From positions 18,848,001-18,912,000 of the forward strand of contig OX638158.1 of the NCBI GenBank assembly GCA_951804945.1: a stretch of DNA of 64,000 nucleotides, in the 5' to 3' direction. The position numbers and the translations under genes are program-made. How positions within the stretch are numbered: position 1 is the stretch's first letter; each line of letters begins with the position of its first letter. Below are positions 1 through 11,557 of the stretch, piece after piece. The DNA comes from Podarcis cretensis. Lineage: Eukaryota. The notes beneath the pieces were generated by a model, which had not been told where the DNA came from, made no database searches, and saw nothing but the letters and a program-made list of their open reading frames with translations.

Positions 1-489
1 TAAGAAATGTGCTCTCTTTCTTCCTTTTCTCCTACCTGTGCCTCTCAGTTGTCTCTGGTTAGTCTGATCTCCAAGCAAACTAACTGTCCCTTGTTATCCT
101 TGCAATGCCTCTTATTTTCCACAATTTCTTCTGAATTGCCTGCAACTATGAACTATTCCAACCTCAATTCAAGTGTCCGTTAGTAACAATAGTAGTGACA
201 ATTGCTTAGGACCCAGGTCCCTCACAGACCACTTCCTTCTGCATGAACCTGCCAGGTACAAAGGTCTGCCTTGAACACACTCTTTGCCTAGTGCACAGGT
301 GGGGGACCTCAGACCCAGAACCACATTTTGCCCTCCAAGTCTCTCTGTCTGGTCCTTAGAACTCTCCTCAGCCACACTCTTCACTGGAAACCAGGCCTTG
401 TAAGGGTCTGGAAACCAACCTTATGAGGAATGGTTGAGGGAGCTGGGTATGTTTAGCCTGGGAAAAAGGAGACTGAGAGAAGAGATGAT

Positions 490-850
490 AAGGTAAAGGT
501 AAAGGTAAAGGTACCCCTGCCCGTACGGGCCAGTCTTGACAGACTCTGGGGTTGTGCGCCCATCTCACTCAAGAGGCCGGGGGCCAGCGCTGTCCGGAGA
601 CACTTCCGGGTCACGTGGCCAGCGTGACATTGCTGCTCTGGCGAGCCAGAGCCGCACACGGAAACGCCGTTTACCTTCCCGCTGGTAAGCGGTCCCTATT
701 TATCTACTTGCACCCGGGGGTGCTTTTGAACTGCTAGGTTGGCAGGCGCTGGGACCGAGCAGCGGGAGCGCACCCCGCCGCGGGGATTCGAACCGCCGAC
801 CTTTCAGTCGGCAAGCCCTATGCGCTGAGGCTTTTACCCACAGCGCCACC
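490..850 (-). mobile_element. Sauria SINE (Squam1), young subfamily
   Basis: tRNA-like head with B box GGTTCGAATCC, CTAGCAGTTC-AAAGCAC core, (ACCTTT)n tail; near-identical to the copies at 21913 and 50971. Confidence 0.92.
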
Positions 851-1052
851 ATCTTCAAATATCTAAAGGAATATTGGAAGTTGTAGCAAACTTGTTTGCT
901 CTGGAGGGTAGAACCCAAACCAATGGATTCAAATTACAAGAGGTTCCATCTAAATATCAGGAAGAACTTTCTGGCAGTAAGAGCTGCTTGACAGTAGAAT
1001 GGACTCCTTTGGAAGGTGGTGAACTCTCCTTCCTCAGAGGTTTTTAAACAGA

Positions 1053-1406
1053 GGACACGGGTGACGCTGTGGTGTAAACCACTGAGTCTTGGGCTTGCCG
1101 ATCAGAAGGTTGGTGGTTCGAATCCCCACGATGGGGTGAGCTCCCGTTGTTCAGTCCCAGCTACTGCCAACCTAGCAGTTCGAAAGCACGTCAGAGTGCA
1201 AGTAGATAAATAGGTACCGCTCTGGCGGGAAGGTAAGCGGCGTTTCCGTGCGCTGCTCTGGTTCGCCAGAAGCGGCTTAGTCATGCTGGCCACATGACCC
1301 GGAAAAACTATCTGCAAACAAACGTCGGCTCCCTCGGCCAGTAAAGCGAGATGAGCGCCACAACCAGCACCCAACTGGACTTAACTGTCAGGGGTCCTTT
1401 ACCTTT
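1053..1406 (+). mobile_element. Sauria SINE, second subfamily
   Basis: Same head and core; tail GGGGTCCTTTACCTTT. Confidence 0.9.
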
Positions 1407-1998
1407 ATCTAGATGATCATCTGCCATGGATGCTTTAGCTGAGATTCCTGCATTGCCGGGGGTTGGACTAGATGACCCTTGAGGTCCCTTCCAACTCTAC
1501 AATTCTGTGGTTCTGTGAATTCCCTTTAGAAAGATAGACAAAACTGAACATGATCATGTTTTTTCTGTTTTTTCCTTTATAGGTTAGGGCATTTGCTTCA
1601 GTGTAGAACATTCCTGTTCCAAATAATTCATATCCATAAGGGCCCACAGATAAGTTAATTCTGTTCAACATCCATTTCTTTTCAAGGCAATCTTCTTTTC
1701 ACACAAAGCTCTCCATAGAGTGTTTTCCCATGTGAGATTGTCCCTCATTTAGAGAACTTACATCACTCATTCTAAACTGCATGCAAGGGCTGAGAGGCAT
1801 GTTTACCTGTAAGAACTCTAATTTGCCAACATTAAACAACTCAGTGTGCCTAAACACTGAATACTGGCACCAGAATATCTGAGCATTTTATGCTGTTTCC
1901 AAAAAACAGACAGACTCAAGTCTGGCTATAGTGAGTTTGAGAACTGTCAGCCCTGCCTTAGGCATTATCTTTTCTCCTCTCTCATTTATACTGTCAAG

Positions 1999-2133
1999 CA
2001 GTGCTATTTTTCTAGAAAAAGAGGTGCCAGAACTCACCATGAACTACTCCCTTGTTCTCTTATAATGGCAAGGGTACCCACCTGAGCAGTGCTGAAACTG
2101 AGTTCTGGTGAGTTCCAGCTGAAAAAAGCCCTT
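1999..2133. mobile_element. hAT-type MITE
   Basis: Imperfect TIRs CAGTGCTATTTTTC / GAAAAAAGCCCTT; 8-bp TSD CTGTCAAG / CTGTCAGG; second copy at 4198-4310. Confidence 0.7.
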
Positions 2134-2600
2134 CTGTCAGGGCATTGGTTGCAGGTACACCATACTAGGAGCAAATTAGATTTGAATACTTTGTCTTGTG
2201 CAAATAAGCTCAGCCTTGCTCTTAGCAACACATGTCTCTCCTATGTAGCTACTAATACCAGATAGTTTCTGAAGCAATTCCTATGATGGTTGGTATAAGC
2301 ATAATGGTTAAATCACATGGGACAATTTCTTAGCCCAGCATGAACTCAGCAAGTGATCTCCAGAAAATTGTTCTCTCTCTCTCCCTCCCCTCTTGCCCCC
2401 TAACTGATCTAACTTACATGATTATTGTAAGAAAGCTAAGGACTAATTCAGACATTAGTATTTTCATGTAATGTTCACAGCTCTAATATCTAAAAGCTTC
2501 TTATTGCAGCATCCCACACTTACACCATTGGGAATTATGGTGCCGGGAGTTGGATGCTTCATTCACTTGGGTGGTTGAAGCAGGTAGGAAGCTTCCAGAT

Positions 2601-2886
2601 CAGGGGTTCCTGAAGTGTGGTCTGTGGACCACAAGTGGTTCTCAAGGTGTCTGTGAATTTGTGGCTGAAGATGGGAAATCATACATCCTTTGCATTTAGT
2701 TTTGTGTCAGTTTTTAATTGCATTGTTATCACTTTCTTTCTTTTCTTAATATTGTATTTTATTGTATTACAAATTGAATTCTGTGGAATTGCAACTGCTA
2801 CAGCAGGTAGAAATATCATTAAGTGGTTCCCCAAGATCCTCAGCAAATTTCAAGTGGACTGGGGGGGTGGAGTTTGAGAACTACTG
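2601..2886. mobile_element. hAT (Charlie/MER20-like) non-autonomous element
   Basis: Ends CAGGGGTTCC / GAGAACTACTG; 8-bp TSD TTCCAGAT / TTCTAGAT. Confidence 0.7.
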
Positions 2887-3202
2887 TTCTAGATGTTGCC
2901 ACTTCTGTAGGGAGTGTTGCTGAAGGAAAAGCTTATCACTCAAATGTAACATTTGGACCAGCCCTAGGATTATGCCCATGAAGCATGTATTCCTATTCTT
3001 ATTCTTATGAGGCTTTTAAATGATTCCATTAACTCAGACATGGTACCCAGCTGGTACAGCTGGCAGGATTCTGTTTGCAGAGATGGCCATTTGAATAAAG
3101 CCTCCACAAGCCCACAGGAGGTGATCTAAGAACTAAAACTCAGGTGCTAAATATTAAGATGGAACTTTTCAGTTTTAGCTAAGTACACACCACACATAGT
3201 CC

Positions 3203-3216
3203 CCAGCAGAGGGCAG
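3203..3216 (+). promoter_or_regulatory. CTCF core motif (forward)
   Basis: CCAGCAGAGGGCAG is a full match to CCASYAGRKGGCRS. Confidence 0.5.
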
Positions 3217-3783
3217 TAGAGGACTATTGGTTTTTCTGGCTGTAGGCATGCTTAGGGTGCATTTTCCATATTACTTGAACATGAACACTTTATGTTGTCA
3301 GAAAATAATTAATAGTAACTATGAAAATGACACATATACAATAAATGAGAATTCAAGCCCGCGGTCCAAATACTGCACCATATTCATAGCTAGAGAAGGG
3401 AGCATACACAGAATGTTGTAGCCCCAGTGTCATGTGAGCAGAGTCTGTCCACGTCACCAGCTGATCCCTCAGTATTGGGCCACACATGGGACTTTATAGT
3501 CATTCTTTGAATGTGGCTCCCATGCATAGCTGTATAGGGTTTAATACGTACACTTTAATACACAGGTCAGTCCTGTACATACATTTACACTGGCTTGAAC
3601 ACACACTCTGAATCTGCAATCCTGCTTTGGCACACATAACTGTGGTGTACTTAAGTCAATGTGCTTCAATACATACATAATTAGTTCTTCGGCAGGCCCT
3701 TCCATGCATGAGCACTATGCTCATAATGCAGAGTACATTGAAGATGAACACTCAGAAACTTACAACCTCCGAATTGTGCATGG

Positions 3784-3785
<2 letters not shown>

Positions 3786-3828
<43 letters not shown>
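3786..3828. repeat. (CA)n microsatellite
   Basis: Direct observation. Confidence 0.95.
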
Positions 3829-3830
<2 letters not shown>

Positions 3831-4159
3831 GTATGTAGATGCTGCATTCCCATCCAGAGTCAAGTATCATATCAATCCATTTACACAAGAGCTGCACTAC
3901 AGTATTAACAGATTAGTCCACAGTACACAAGGATTTGTCCCTGCTTTATAACCCACAGCTCAAGTTTCTCAACCATTCTGCCTCCAATGCAATAAAATTG
4001 TATTTGTGTAATTGAAAGTGGCAGTCTTCAACTCAGTTCTGAATATTCCCTAACAGTATTCCCATTTATTAACTAAATACATTTTCCTCTGCCCCCTTCC
4101 CATTTGCTTTAATTCTTGCTGTTTCCTATTGCTTGAACCATGTGCTTGTTTGTGGTGGT

Positions 4160-4197
4160 GGGAAGGGAAGGGAAGGGAAGGGAAGGGAAGGGAAGGG
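4160..4197. repeat. (GGAAG)n microsatellite
   Basis: Direct observation; abuts the MITE at 4198. Confidence 0.95.
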
Positions 4198-4310
4198 CAG
4201 TGCTTTTTTTTAGAAAAGAAGTGTTGGAACTCACCTGTTATCTTAGAATGGCAATGGCACCTACCTGAGAAGTGCCAGAACTGAGTTCCTGCTGGAAAAA
4301 GACACCTCTG
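4198..4310. mobile_element. hAT-type MITE, same family as 1999-2133
   Basis: Colinear internal similarity (GAACTCACC..AATGGCAA..CCTGAG..CTGAGTTC). Confidence 0.65.
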
Positions 4311-4389
4311 GAAGGGGCAAGGGGAGTATTCTGTAACCTTCTGTTCTGACCATAGTCTCTTGGGGTGGGGGGATCTTTCGCCCTTACAG

Positions 4390-4502
4390 GATGTTTGTGG
4401 TGCAGCAAATTACCAACAGCAATCTCCTGCTCCTGGTTGTGGATGCTGTATGTGACTGCAGCAACTTTCCACCTGTCCTACTGCAACCTAAAGAAGTCAA
4501 AT
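4390..4502 (+). CDS. CACNA2D4: CACNA2D4 (voltage-gated Ca channel alpha2delta-4), third-to-last coding exon, 113 nt
   Basis: Acceptor cccttacag|G. Translates MFVVQQITNSNLLLLVVDAVCDCSNFPPVLLQPKEVK(Y), matching recalled alpha2delta-4 FVVQQIPNSNLLLLV..CDCSIFPPVL..EVKY. Ends at U12-type donor ATATCTTT. Synteny with ADIPOR2. Confidence 0.93.
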
Positions 4503-5752
4503 ATATCTTTCTTCTGGTAGAGGTTGTACTGGGTTGTACTTCTTCCCATGTGGGCACGTGTTTGCTTTTATAGTTGCAGGACTCATGTTCTGGACCAGAA
4601 CCATGGCATAGATGCACAGGACACCAACAGGCTTCAGGGAGATTTACATTGGGGCAGTGGAATGTATGTTTGTGGGGGAAAGAGTGGTTATTTAAAAAAC
4701 TTGCAAGGAAGAACTTCATTTAAAGACGTACACATGAAACTATGAAGACACATTTAATGTAACAGTAAGTTTCTCCTTCAGTAGACAAATTTTAGCTCTG
4801 CAGCAACAGTGCTGGAAAAAATATGTAGATTGTAGCCCTAATTTTGCTCAAGGTGGTTGTGACTAACTTATGCCCCATTGCTTCCAGTAGGTCTTACCCC
4901 TGGCTAACTGCTTCTGGAGTGGAGCTTGCTCATTAAGTGTGATCACTAGCCTTGAAAGCTGCTGCTTGGTTATGCAGCCACCCATGATGGCTCCATTCCA
5001 ATTAAAATCATGTTGAAATCAATGGGAAAATTAACTCCCACTAGTTTCAATAGAATTTAAGCAGTGTTCAGATTAAACTATGTTCAAAAATCCTAGCTGA
5101 TCTTAACTGAGCCCACCTACTTACCAGGTGTAGGGACGTGGGTGGCGCTGTGGGTTAAACTACAGAGCCTAGGACTTGCCGATCAGAAGGTTGGTGGTTC
5201 AAATCCCCACAACAGGGTGAGCTCCCGTTGCTCGGTTCCTACTCCTGCCAACCTAGCAGTTCGAAAGCACGTCAAAGTGCAAGTAGATAAATAGGTACTG
5301 CTCTGGCGGGAAGGTAAATGGCGTTTCCATGCGCTGCTCTGGTTCGCCAGAAGCGGCTTAGTCATGCTGGCCACATGAACCGGAAGTTGTACGCCGGCTC
5401 CCTCAGCCGATAAAGCTAGACGAGTGCCGCAACCCGAATCGGCCACGACTGGACCTAATGGTCAGGGGTCCCTTTAACGTTACCTTTACTTACCAGGTGT
5501 AGCATAAGTATTTTGAGACATGTCCTGCCTGTGACAGCACCCTTTATGCTAGAATGAGTGCATGGCATTCCATGTGAGTAGCTGCCTTGCAGTAGCTTCA
5601 TAATCAAGGGCACCTCTATGGGAATACATCTTATGACTTGTACAGCCTAGTTGTAAACTGGAATTGTGGGACAACACAGCTCCTCCATAAATGGGATTGT
5701 TTCTGATTTTCACCATTTCCCCAAACTGCTATTAACCTTAACAGCACTGCAC
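4503..5752 (+). other. U12-type (minor spliceosome) AT-AC intron of CACNA2D4
   Basis: 5' ATATCTTT, branch CCTTAAC 8 nt before the terminal AC. Only this junction restores the conserved ...EVKYNASVKC frame. Confidence 0.93.
5133..5487 (+). mobile_element. Sauria SINE with 16-bp TSD, inside the U12 intron
   Basis: TSD TACTTACCAGGTGTAG at 5118-5133 and 5487-5502. Confidence 0.92.
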
Positions 5753-5835
5753 ATAATGCGTCAGTGAAATGTGACAGGATGCGCTCCCAGAAGCTGAGGC
5801 GGCGACCAGATACCTGCCATGCATTCCATCCTGAG
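5753..5835 (+). CDS. CACNA2D4: CACNA2D4 penultimate coding exon, 83 nt
   Basis: Preceded by U12 branch CCTTAAC (5736-5742) and AC acceptor (5751-5752). Encodes (Y)[27 protein letters not shown]. Donor GAG|GTAAG. Confidence 0.95.
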
Positions 5836-6330
5836 GTAAGGCGGGTTGAGGAATTGTTGCATTTGACAAAGTAGGCTCTGCCCCACAGCAGCCATGATAA
5901 TGTGCTGGCCTAAATAAAATAAGCTGGGTTTTGAAATGTCAGTCCAGAGATTCATTTTTAACCACCACAAGGCTGCCTCACTTGTTTGCCTATGTGGAGG
6001 CCCTAAAAATAGGGCACAGTGCCCCCACCTGTCCATCAGTGTGTGTTTGATGTGATATATGCAGCAAGCCTGTGCACACGTTATACATATAGCCAAGTGC
6101 ATTGGGTTCCTTGCCATGTGGTAGACACTCATGAGCACGCATATTCTGCACGGACACAGTTTATCCTGCCAGCCCTATGAATGGATCCATTGTTATCGGG
6201 AGGTGGATTTGGCCATCCCCATTGCAAAAAAAGTTTCAATCATTTGGCCCAAGTTAAAATGAAGCTAGGCTTTAATTTTTGCTGCCCTCTAAATTCTACT
6301 TGCTGACCACATACTTGCTTTGTTTTTCAG

Positions 6331-6426
6331 GAAAACGCCCAGGACTGTGGAGGAGCGGCAGAGATTTCTGCCTCATTAGCCCTGCTCTTCCTTCCTTTGG
6401 GAACCACAGCTCTTCTCTTGCGGTGA
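6331..6426 (+). CDS. CACNA2D4: CACNA2D4 last coding exon (GPI-anchor signal region)
   Basis: Acceptor tgtttttcag|GAA. ENAQDCGGAAEISASLALLFLPLGTTALLLR-TGA; CGG motif plus hydrophobic tail typical of alpha2delta C-termini. Confidence 0.93.
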   Translation, partial: ENAQDCGGAAEISASLALLFLPLGTTALLLR

Positions 6427-9400
6427 CAAGGCCCATCAAAGTCCTTATTTTGGACCAGAAAGGCAAATGCTCTATTTTGAGGACCATGCTACTTGGGCAC
6501 TTAAGACAACTGCTGCATGCCAGAGCATGTGGACAATGCCACAGAGGCTCAGGAACTTCTTTGGCTGCATCCTCCAAGGAACTTGCTAGCTGTGTTGTGT
6601 TTGGAAGTGTGGCTTCCTTTCTTCAAGGAGCTTGCAACTGAGGGTGGGGCACCTGTGGCTATGGACCAACAGGCTCACCAAGCTGTGTGATCTCACAGCT
6701 TACCCTCCCTGCCTTAGCAGCATGGAAAAGTTTACACTGGTGGGGGAAAGGCCTGGAACAGTGGATAGCATTTGCCAAATGGATGGACTTAACCTATAAC
6801 TTACCCTAGCTGCAAAATGGGAACAGTCAGTACTATCTGCTAAAGAGAAGCATCTCATAATCCCCTTTTAACTTAACAGACACCTGGGCAGTTCTGCAGG
6901 AGAGGCAGGAATATCACCTTCTTAAAGAACATAATGGTCATCAACAGAGATTCATTTCTATTGTCAAGGAAGCCAGGCTTTGGCAGGGATTCCTGTATCC
7001 GGCAAGGAGTTCCTGCAACTCTGCCTACTGCAGACATTTAAGCTCTTCTAAGGCTACACAGAGAGCTTTCGTCTAAAATAGCTGATTCAGACAATGATTA
7101 GATTTATCAGCTTAATGTGAAAATAGCTCCATGTGTTCTATTTCAAGAGGCATGATGCATTATGGGGAGTGGTTGCAAGTTGAGAATTTCATCTGAAAAC
7201 TTGGATGGCTACTACCAGCCAGTGTAGACAGTACTGAGCTAAAAGGAATAATGTTTCCACCTATGTTTCTGTGTTATTAAGGCAAACTTAAACTCTAGCC
7301 TTAGAAATATTCCTTCTGTCCACACCTCTCAAGTTCCCTCAGCTTCACATCGCTGGACAAGGAGTTTAGCCATAACTCCCTTGCATAGGTTACAAAATTA
7401 AACATGGCTAAGTGTGCACATTAGCTTTGTTAGACGCAAATGTTTAAAAGCAGACACTTTTGGGAAGTCTACAGATGCACAGGAAATATGACTGTCACCT
7501 TCCAGTTCCTACTGTATGCTGCAATATTATTTTGCCAGACATGCTGACGGCTTCATGGATGCACCAGCTGTATAATACAATCTTTATCAGTTTTCAGAGA
7601 AGAAACCCCTCAGAGCTGTGCTAATACAACGTGAAATTTCTCTCAACTTTTGAAAGCCATTTTGCCTTATGAACGAAACTATGGGCAAAATTTTCACCAC
7701 ACCAAGTTTTTGTTTCTAGATCCCAGTAGTTTACCTGCCAGGCGTGGGCTGATGGTTGGATAGCCAAGACCTTAAGACCTCAGAAATGGAGAAAGCAAGC
7801 AAAGGAAGGAAGCCATATTACAGGACTGCTGGTATGTATTTCCTTGACATGACTAGCATTTCAATAAGGAAGTCCTACTCTCAAATCCCTAAGGGAGATT
7901 TGTGACAGTACATAAGTTGTTGAACTTTTGCTTTTGTTTTTGTAAAATGTGTTTGACATTTGGCCTCTTTTTAAAATATGACATTTTCATTATATTTTTG
8001 TTTCATGTCTTTCTTGGTTGTCATACACAATATGCCACAAAATCCAATCACAGGTCATACTGGAATTATGCTGAAAATGGACCCACACTTACATTCACAC
8101 GTAAATGTGCTTAGATGTATTTACAATATTCCAGTATAGTGTAAGAGCTTCACATTGTCAAACTGACTTTAATATATGAGCACAGGGTGTGTTGAGAAAA
8201 AAGTGTAAAAAACCCCCCAAACATCGGGAAGGGTTATGGTTCTCTACTCTTGGTTCAAAAACATGGAAGAACAGCTTTCACCATTAAATGTAACACAAAC
8301 CAATTTCTATATTTCCAGGCCACATTCCCATCCATACTTTTCTATATGTCTATCCAATTCTTATATGATCATGAATGAGACCAAAAAGACAACACCCATC
8401 AAGCCTCCACTGCATTTGCTCTTTTTATTAGAAGTTAAGAATACAACAAGTAATGAGATCCCATTGCCCGGAGACCCCAATCTTCAAAGTCCAAGATGTG
8501 CTTTGTCGCCTCCAACAGTAAGCAATTTTTTAAAAAAGAAAATACTGAACAAGGCCACTAGTTAATGGGAAAAGAAAGCTGTAACTCTGAACTATACTAC
8601 ACTGAAAACCTGCACACACAAAGGAAGCAAGCGAACCTCCGATTGCTGAGAGTAAGGCATTCAGGTGCCAACCTGGGAAGAAGTCTCAGCAAGCACCACG
8701 GAAAAGTGCACAGCTAAGCAGTTTTTCTTATTGGGACACAAAAAAATGTCCTAAACAGAGACCAAAGGGGTAGAATAAGTGGAGGGTGTGTTTTTGTACA
8801 GGTTGTGTGCTGTAGGACCAGGTTGTGAGAAACCCTTTCTGGGAGTGAGCATAGGATGATCTAGAAAAAATGCTTTTCAGATAGGTAGATCTGAGTCTGA
8901 TATGTATTAGCACTTTCCCCATCAGGCAAGCCATCCTTCTTCCAGATGGCTACATTTACCACTGTTCCATTACAGGGGTTCAATTAATACTGTTCTGTTT
9001 TTTAGTATGGGATTGAACAATCAGAAGCGTTAGGGTGTCATTCTGGCCTATCTGCATTCAGCACATCAGGATCATACCCAGGATATACACATCTGAAGTT
9101 GCCTACAAGCACCTGTTAAGCACTTGTAGGTCTAAACACTAAGGTTCTGTTTTGAGGGCGGGAGAGAGAAAAGACAGAAATATCAACTTCCTTCTAATAA
9201 TCAAAAAAGCAGTTTAACGTGTGACAAATTCTATCATCTCCCAACAGTTGTAGTTAATTATACTATGGGCCAAAGGAACTGCCCCCACTGTGAGTATTCA
9301 ACAACACAAATTCTACACTGTGTCAAAACATTTCTCTCCATCTCTGACATGCCTCACCAGCCTAGCAGGAGAAAACAGCAACTACACTTCTTGCCCAACT

Positions 9401-10785
9401 GAGTATTCTGCTTAGTGATAATTTGCCCTTCTCAGAATGTACGCTACCCCACAAGCAGTTAAGCTATCTGGGGAAGTTTTTAAAGAGACAACAAGCTTCT
9501 CTTGGGTACCAAGCACTCTTTTGAGGAGAGGCAAAAATGTAATATCCAAGCAGATTCTGCAAGCTGTTCTTTTTAAAGAAAGAAAAAAGCCCAGTGCGCA
9601 GCGTTGTCTTATATACCAGAAGGAAGCAAGAAGGATTGGCAGTGTTACATTGCAGCCAAGTGGAGCTTGGTGGAATTTAATACCGGGCAACCTTAGTGCT
9701 ACTGTAGTTCAGCAACACACAACATAATCTAGAATGAATTAACAGCTAGTCTAGGCTGCTTTTTCATATGTTTCTCCTCACTCCCTGCAGACCATCTTAT
9801 CCTACTGTGTCTCAACTAGAAGGCAGATGCCTGACACTAACAATTGCACTTGGATAAAAAGGGATAGCAGGCCCAACTGAATGGTGAAACACTGACAAGA
9901 GACCCCACTGCCAAAGAGGTCGAGATACATACCATATTGTGCCTTAAGCCATCAAATCCCAACACAGCAAAAGGCTGGTGGAAAGAAAGACCACCTAAAG
10001 ACTATCCACAAAATGGCAGAGATCTTAGAAGGCACTCCCTGCCAAGGGAGCAGAGCTCAGCTGCACAATGCCTTTGCCTTCTGAACGCACAGGGGCCCAA
10101 GCGTCAGCCCCATTTAAGGTTGTCCACACTTGCTTGCCCTGAACCCTTGTGTGCAGACTGAGCCTGCTGGGTCTAGCTGTCCAGTATATCCCCAAACATT
10201 AGGAAGAATCTGTAGAACCCAGATGCTGCAGGGGTTTCACCTGGCCCTCTTGCACTTAAAAGGGTTCGTGCAAACTTGAAACAGTGTGTGGTACTTGCAT
10301 GTTGCAATCTATACAAAAAACCCTCCCCTCCCACACAATTTTAAAACATTTATATAAACTTTTCAATTAAACAGAATGTTAGAAATCTTATTTACATTTT
10401 TCCTCCCAAAAGAGCATCTAAAAATCAACTTACCTGAACAAGATACAAATCTTAATCAAGCTAGATTTTAAAAAAGAAAAAAAAGCTAAGCCATCTCCCT
10501 ATGACAACCCCTCTTGTTTTTCTACAAATAAATATGGCATTGAACAGAAGCTGATTAAGAAAGGGCTTTCTGTAGCTTAGTCTGTAGACCCCAGAAATAA
10601 ATTAGGGTTTAAGAACTTCCAGGTCTTCAGAATCAATTCACTCCAATGCTTGAGGTATGAATTTCTCTTCCAAGTTTTAGTTAGAATCCCTGCGAAGCTT
10701 CTACACCATCCTGGGTCAGGTGTAGACTGACTGCTCCAACGGTTCTGCTTTTTTGGTTACGATCTTGGACAAGCGGTCAGTTTTA

Positions 10786-10911
10786 CTACATCTCGTCCTC
10801 TGAGCAGCCTCCGCCAACTGTGAAGCGGAACTCCTGAAGGTTTGAAACTCCATGGAAGTGTGCAAATGCACCAGCCACTACAAACACATGAAACAGCTGG
10901 TGGGAGTGGAA
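10786..10911 (-). CDS. ADIPOR2: ADIPOR2 exon 8 (last coding)
   Basis: Acceptor ctcccatag|TTC. FHSHQLFHVFVVAGAFAHFHGVSNLQEFRFTVGGGCSEDEM-TAG, followed by TAA. HxxxH zinc ligands present. Confidence 0.96.
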   Translation of the reverse strand, partial: FHSHQLFHVFVVAGAFAHFHGVSNLQEFRFTVGGGCSEDEM

Positions 10912-11557
10912 CTATGGGAGAAAGAAAAACAGAACACCGTTTCACCTTAGGTAATGGAGACTCCCATTTTCCAGAACAGTCACCAAAGGAGGGCATCACA
11001 GGTGGTACTGGCTAGTAAGTAGAGATTGTGAAGTATCAACCAGCCAAAGAATAAGCCCTCTTGCTTCCTAGGAATCCATTGTTTGTTTCTCTGTGTGAAC
11101 AGGCTATGCAAGCACCAAGAGGTGCCAATTTAAACCCACCCAGCCCCAGTCAACTTGGCATAACTGGCTAGAGGACAAGATACATGCTCACATACACACA
11201 AACAAAAGACAGAGCATTAACAGCGCTGTATCAGAATGGTTGTATTTTTGCAGCTGTGCACCATTCCCTCTCTTGGGAGCCAGATATGCCAAGGCAGATA
11301 CAGTGCAAATATTTTTCATTCTTGTAATGCCTACCAAGAGAAGGTTGCAGAGTTTCACAGGGTTTTAAAGTTAGCAGTTGCACAGCAGGGCTCCATTTTA
11401 GCCCAGAACTGAGCAGTAAGAGGCATTTATAGAACTGTGTCTTTATAGAGCTCAGCCACAGACCACAGTGATCCATCACTGCAGATATGCAGTAGGGATG
11501 GCATTAATGCCTCTCACCCTCCCTATTATGTGCCTGCCATCTATTAGCCATACTTAC

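Larger units (their letters stand above)
401..1518 (+). mobile_element. CR1 LINE 3' fragment interrupted by two Sauria SINEs
   Basis: Segments ~401-490, 851-1052 and 1409-1518 are colinear with the CR1 copy at 18405-18991. Ends GGTCCCTTCCAACTCT plus an ATTCTGTG-type tail. Confidence 0.85.

Noticed and set aside
2510-2583. Exon-like segment (ttattgcag|...GAAGCAG|gtagga) as an upstream CACNA2D4 exon
   Set aside because: The open frame (IPHLHHWELWCRELDASFTWVVEA) lacks the expected QPCDTEYP..C..C content; the true preceding exon seems to lie outside the window.
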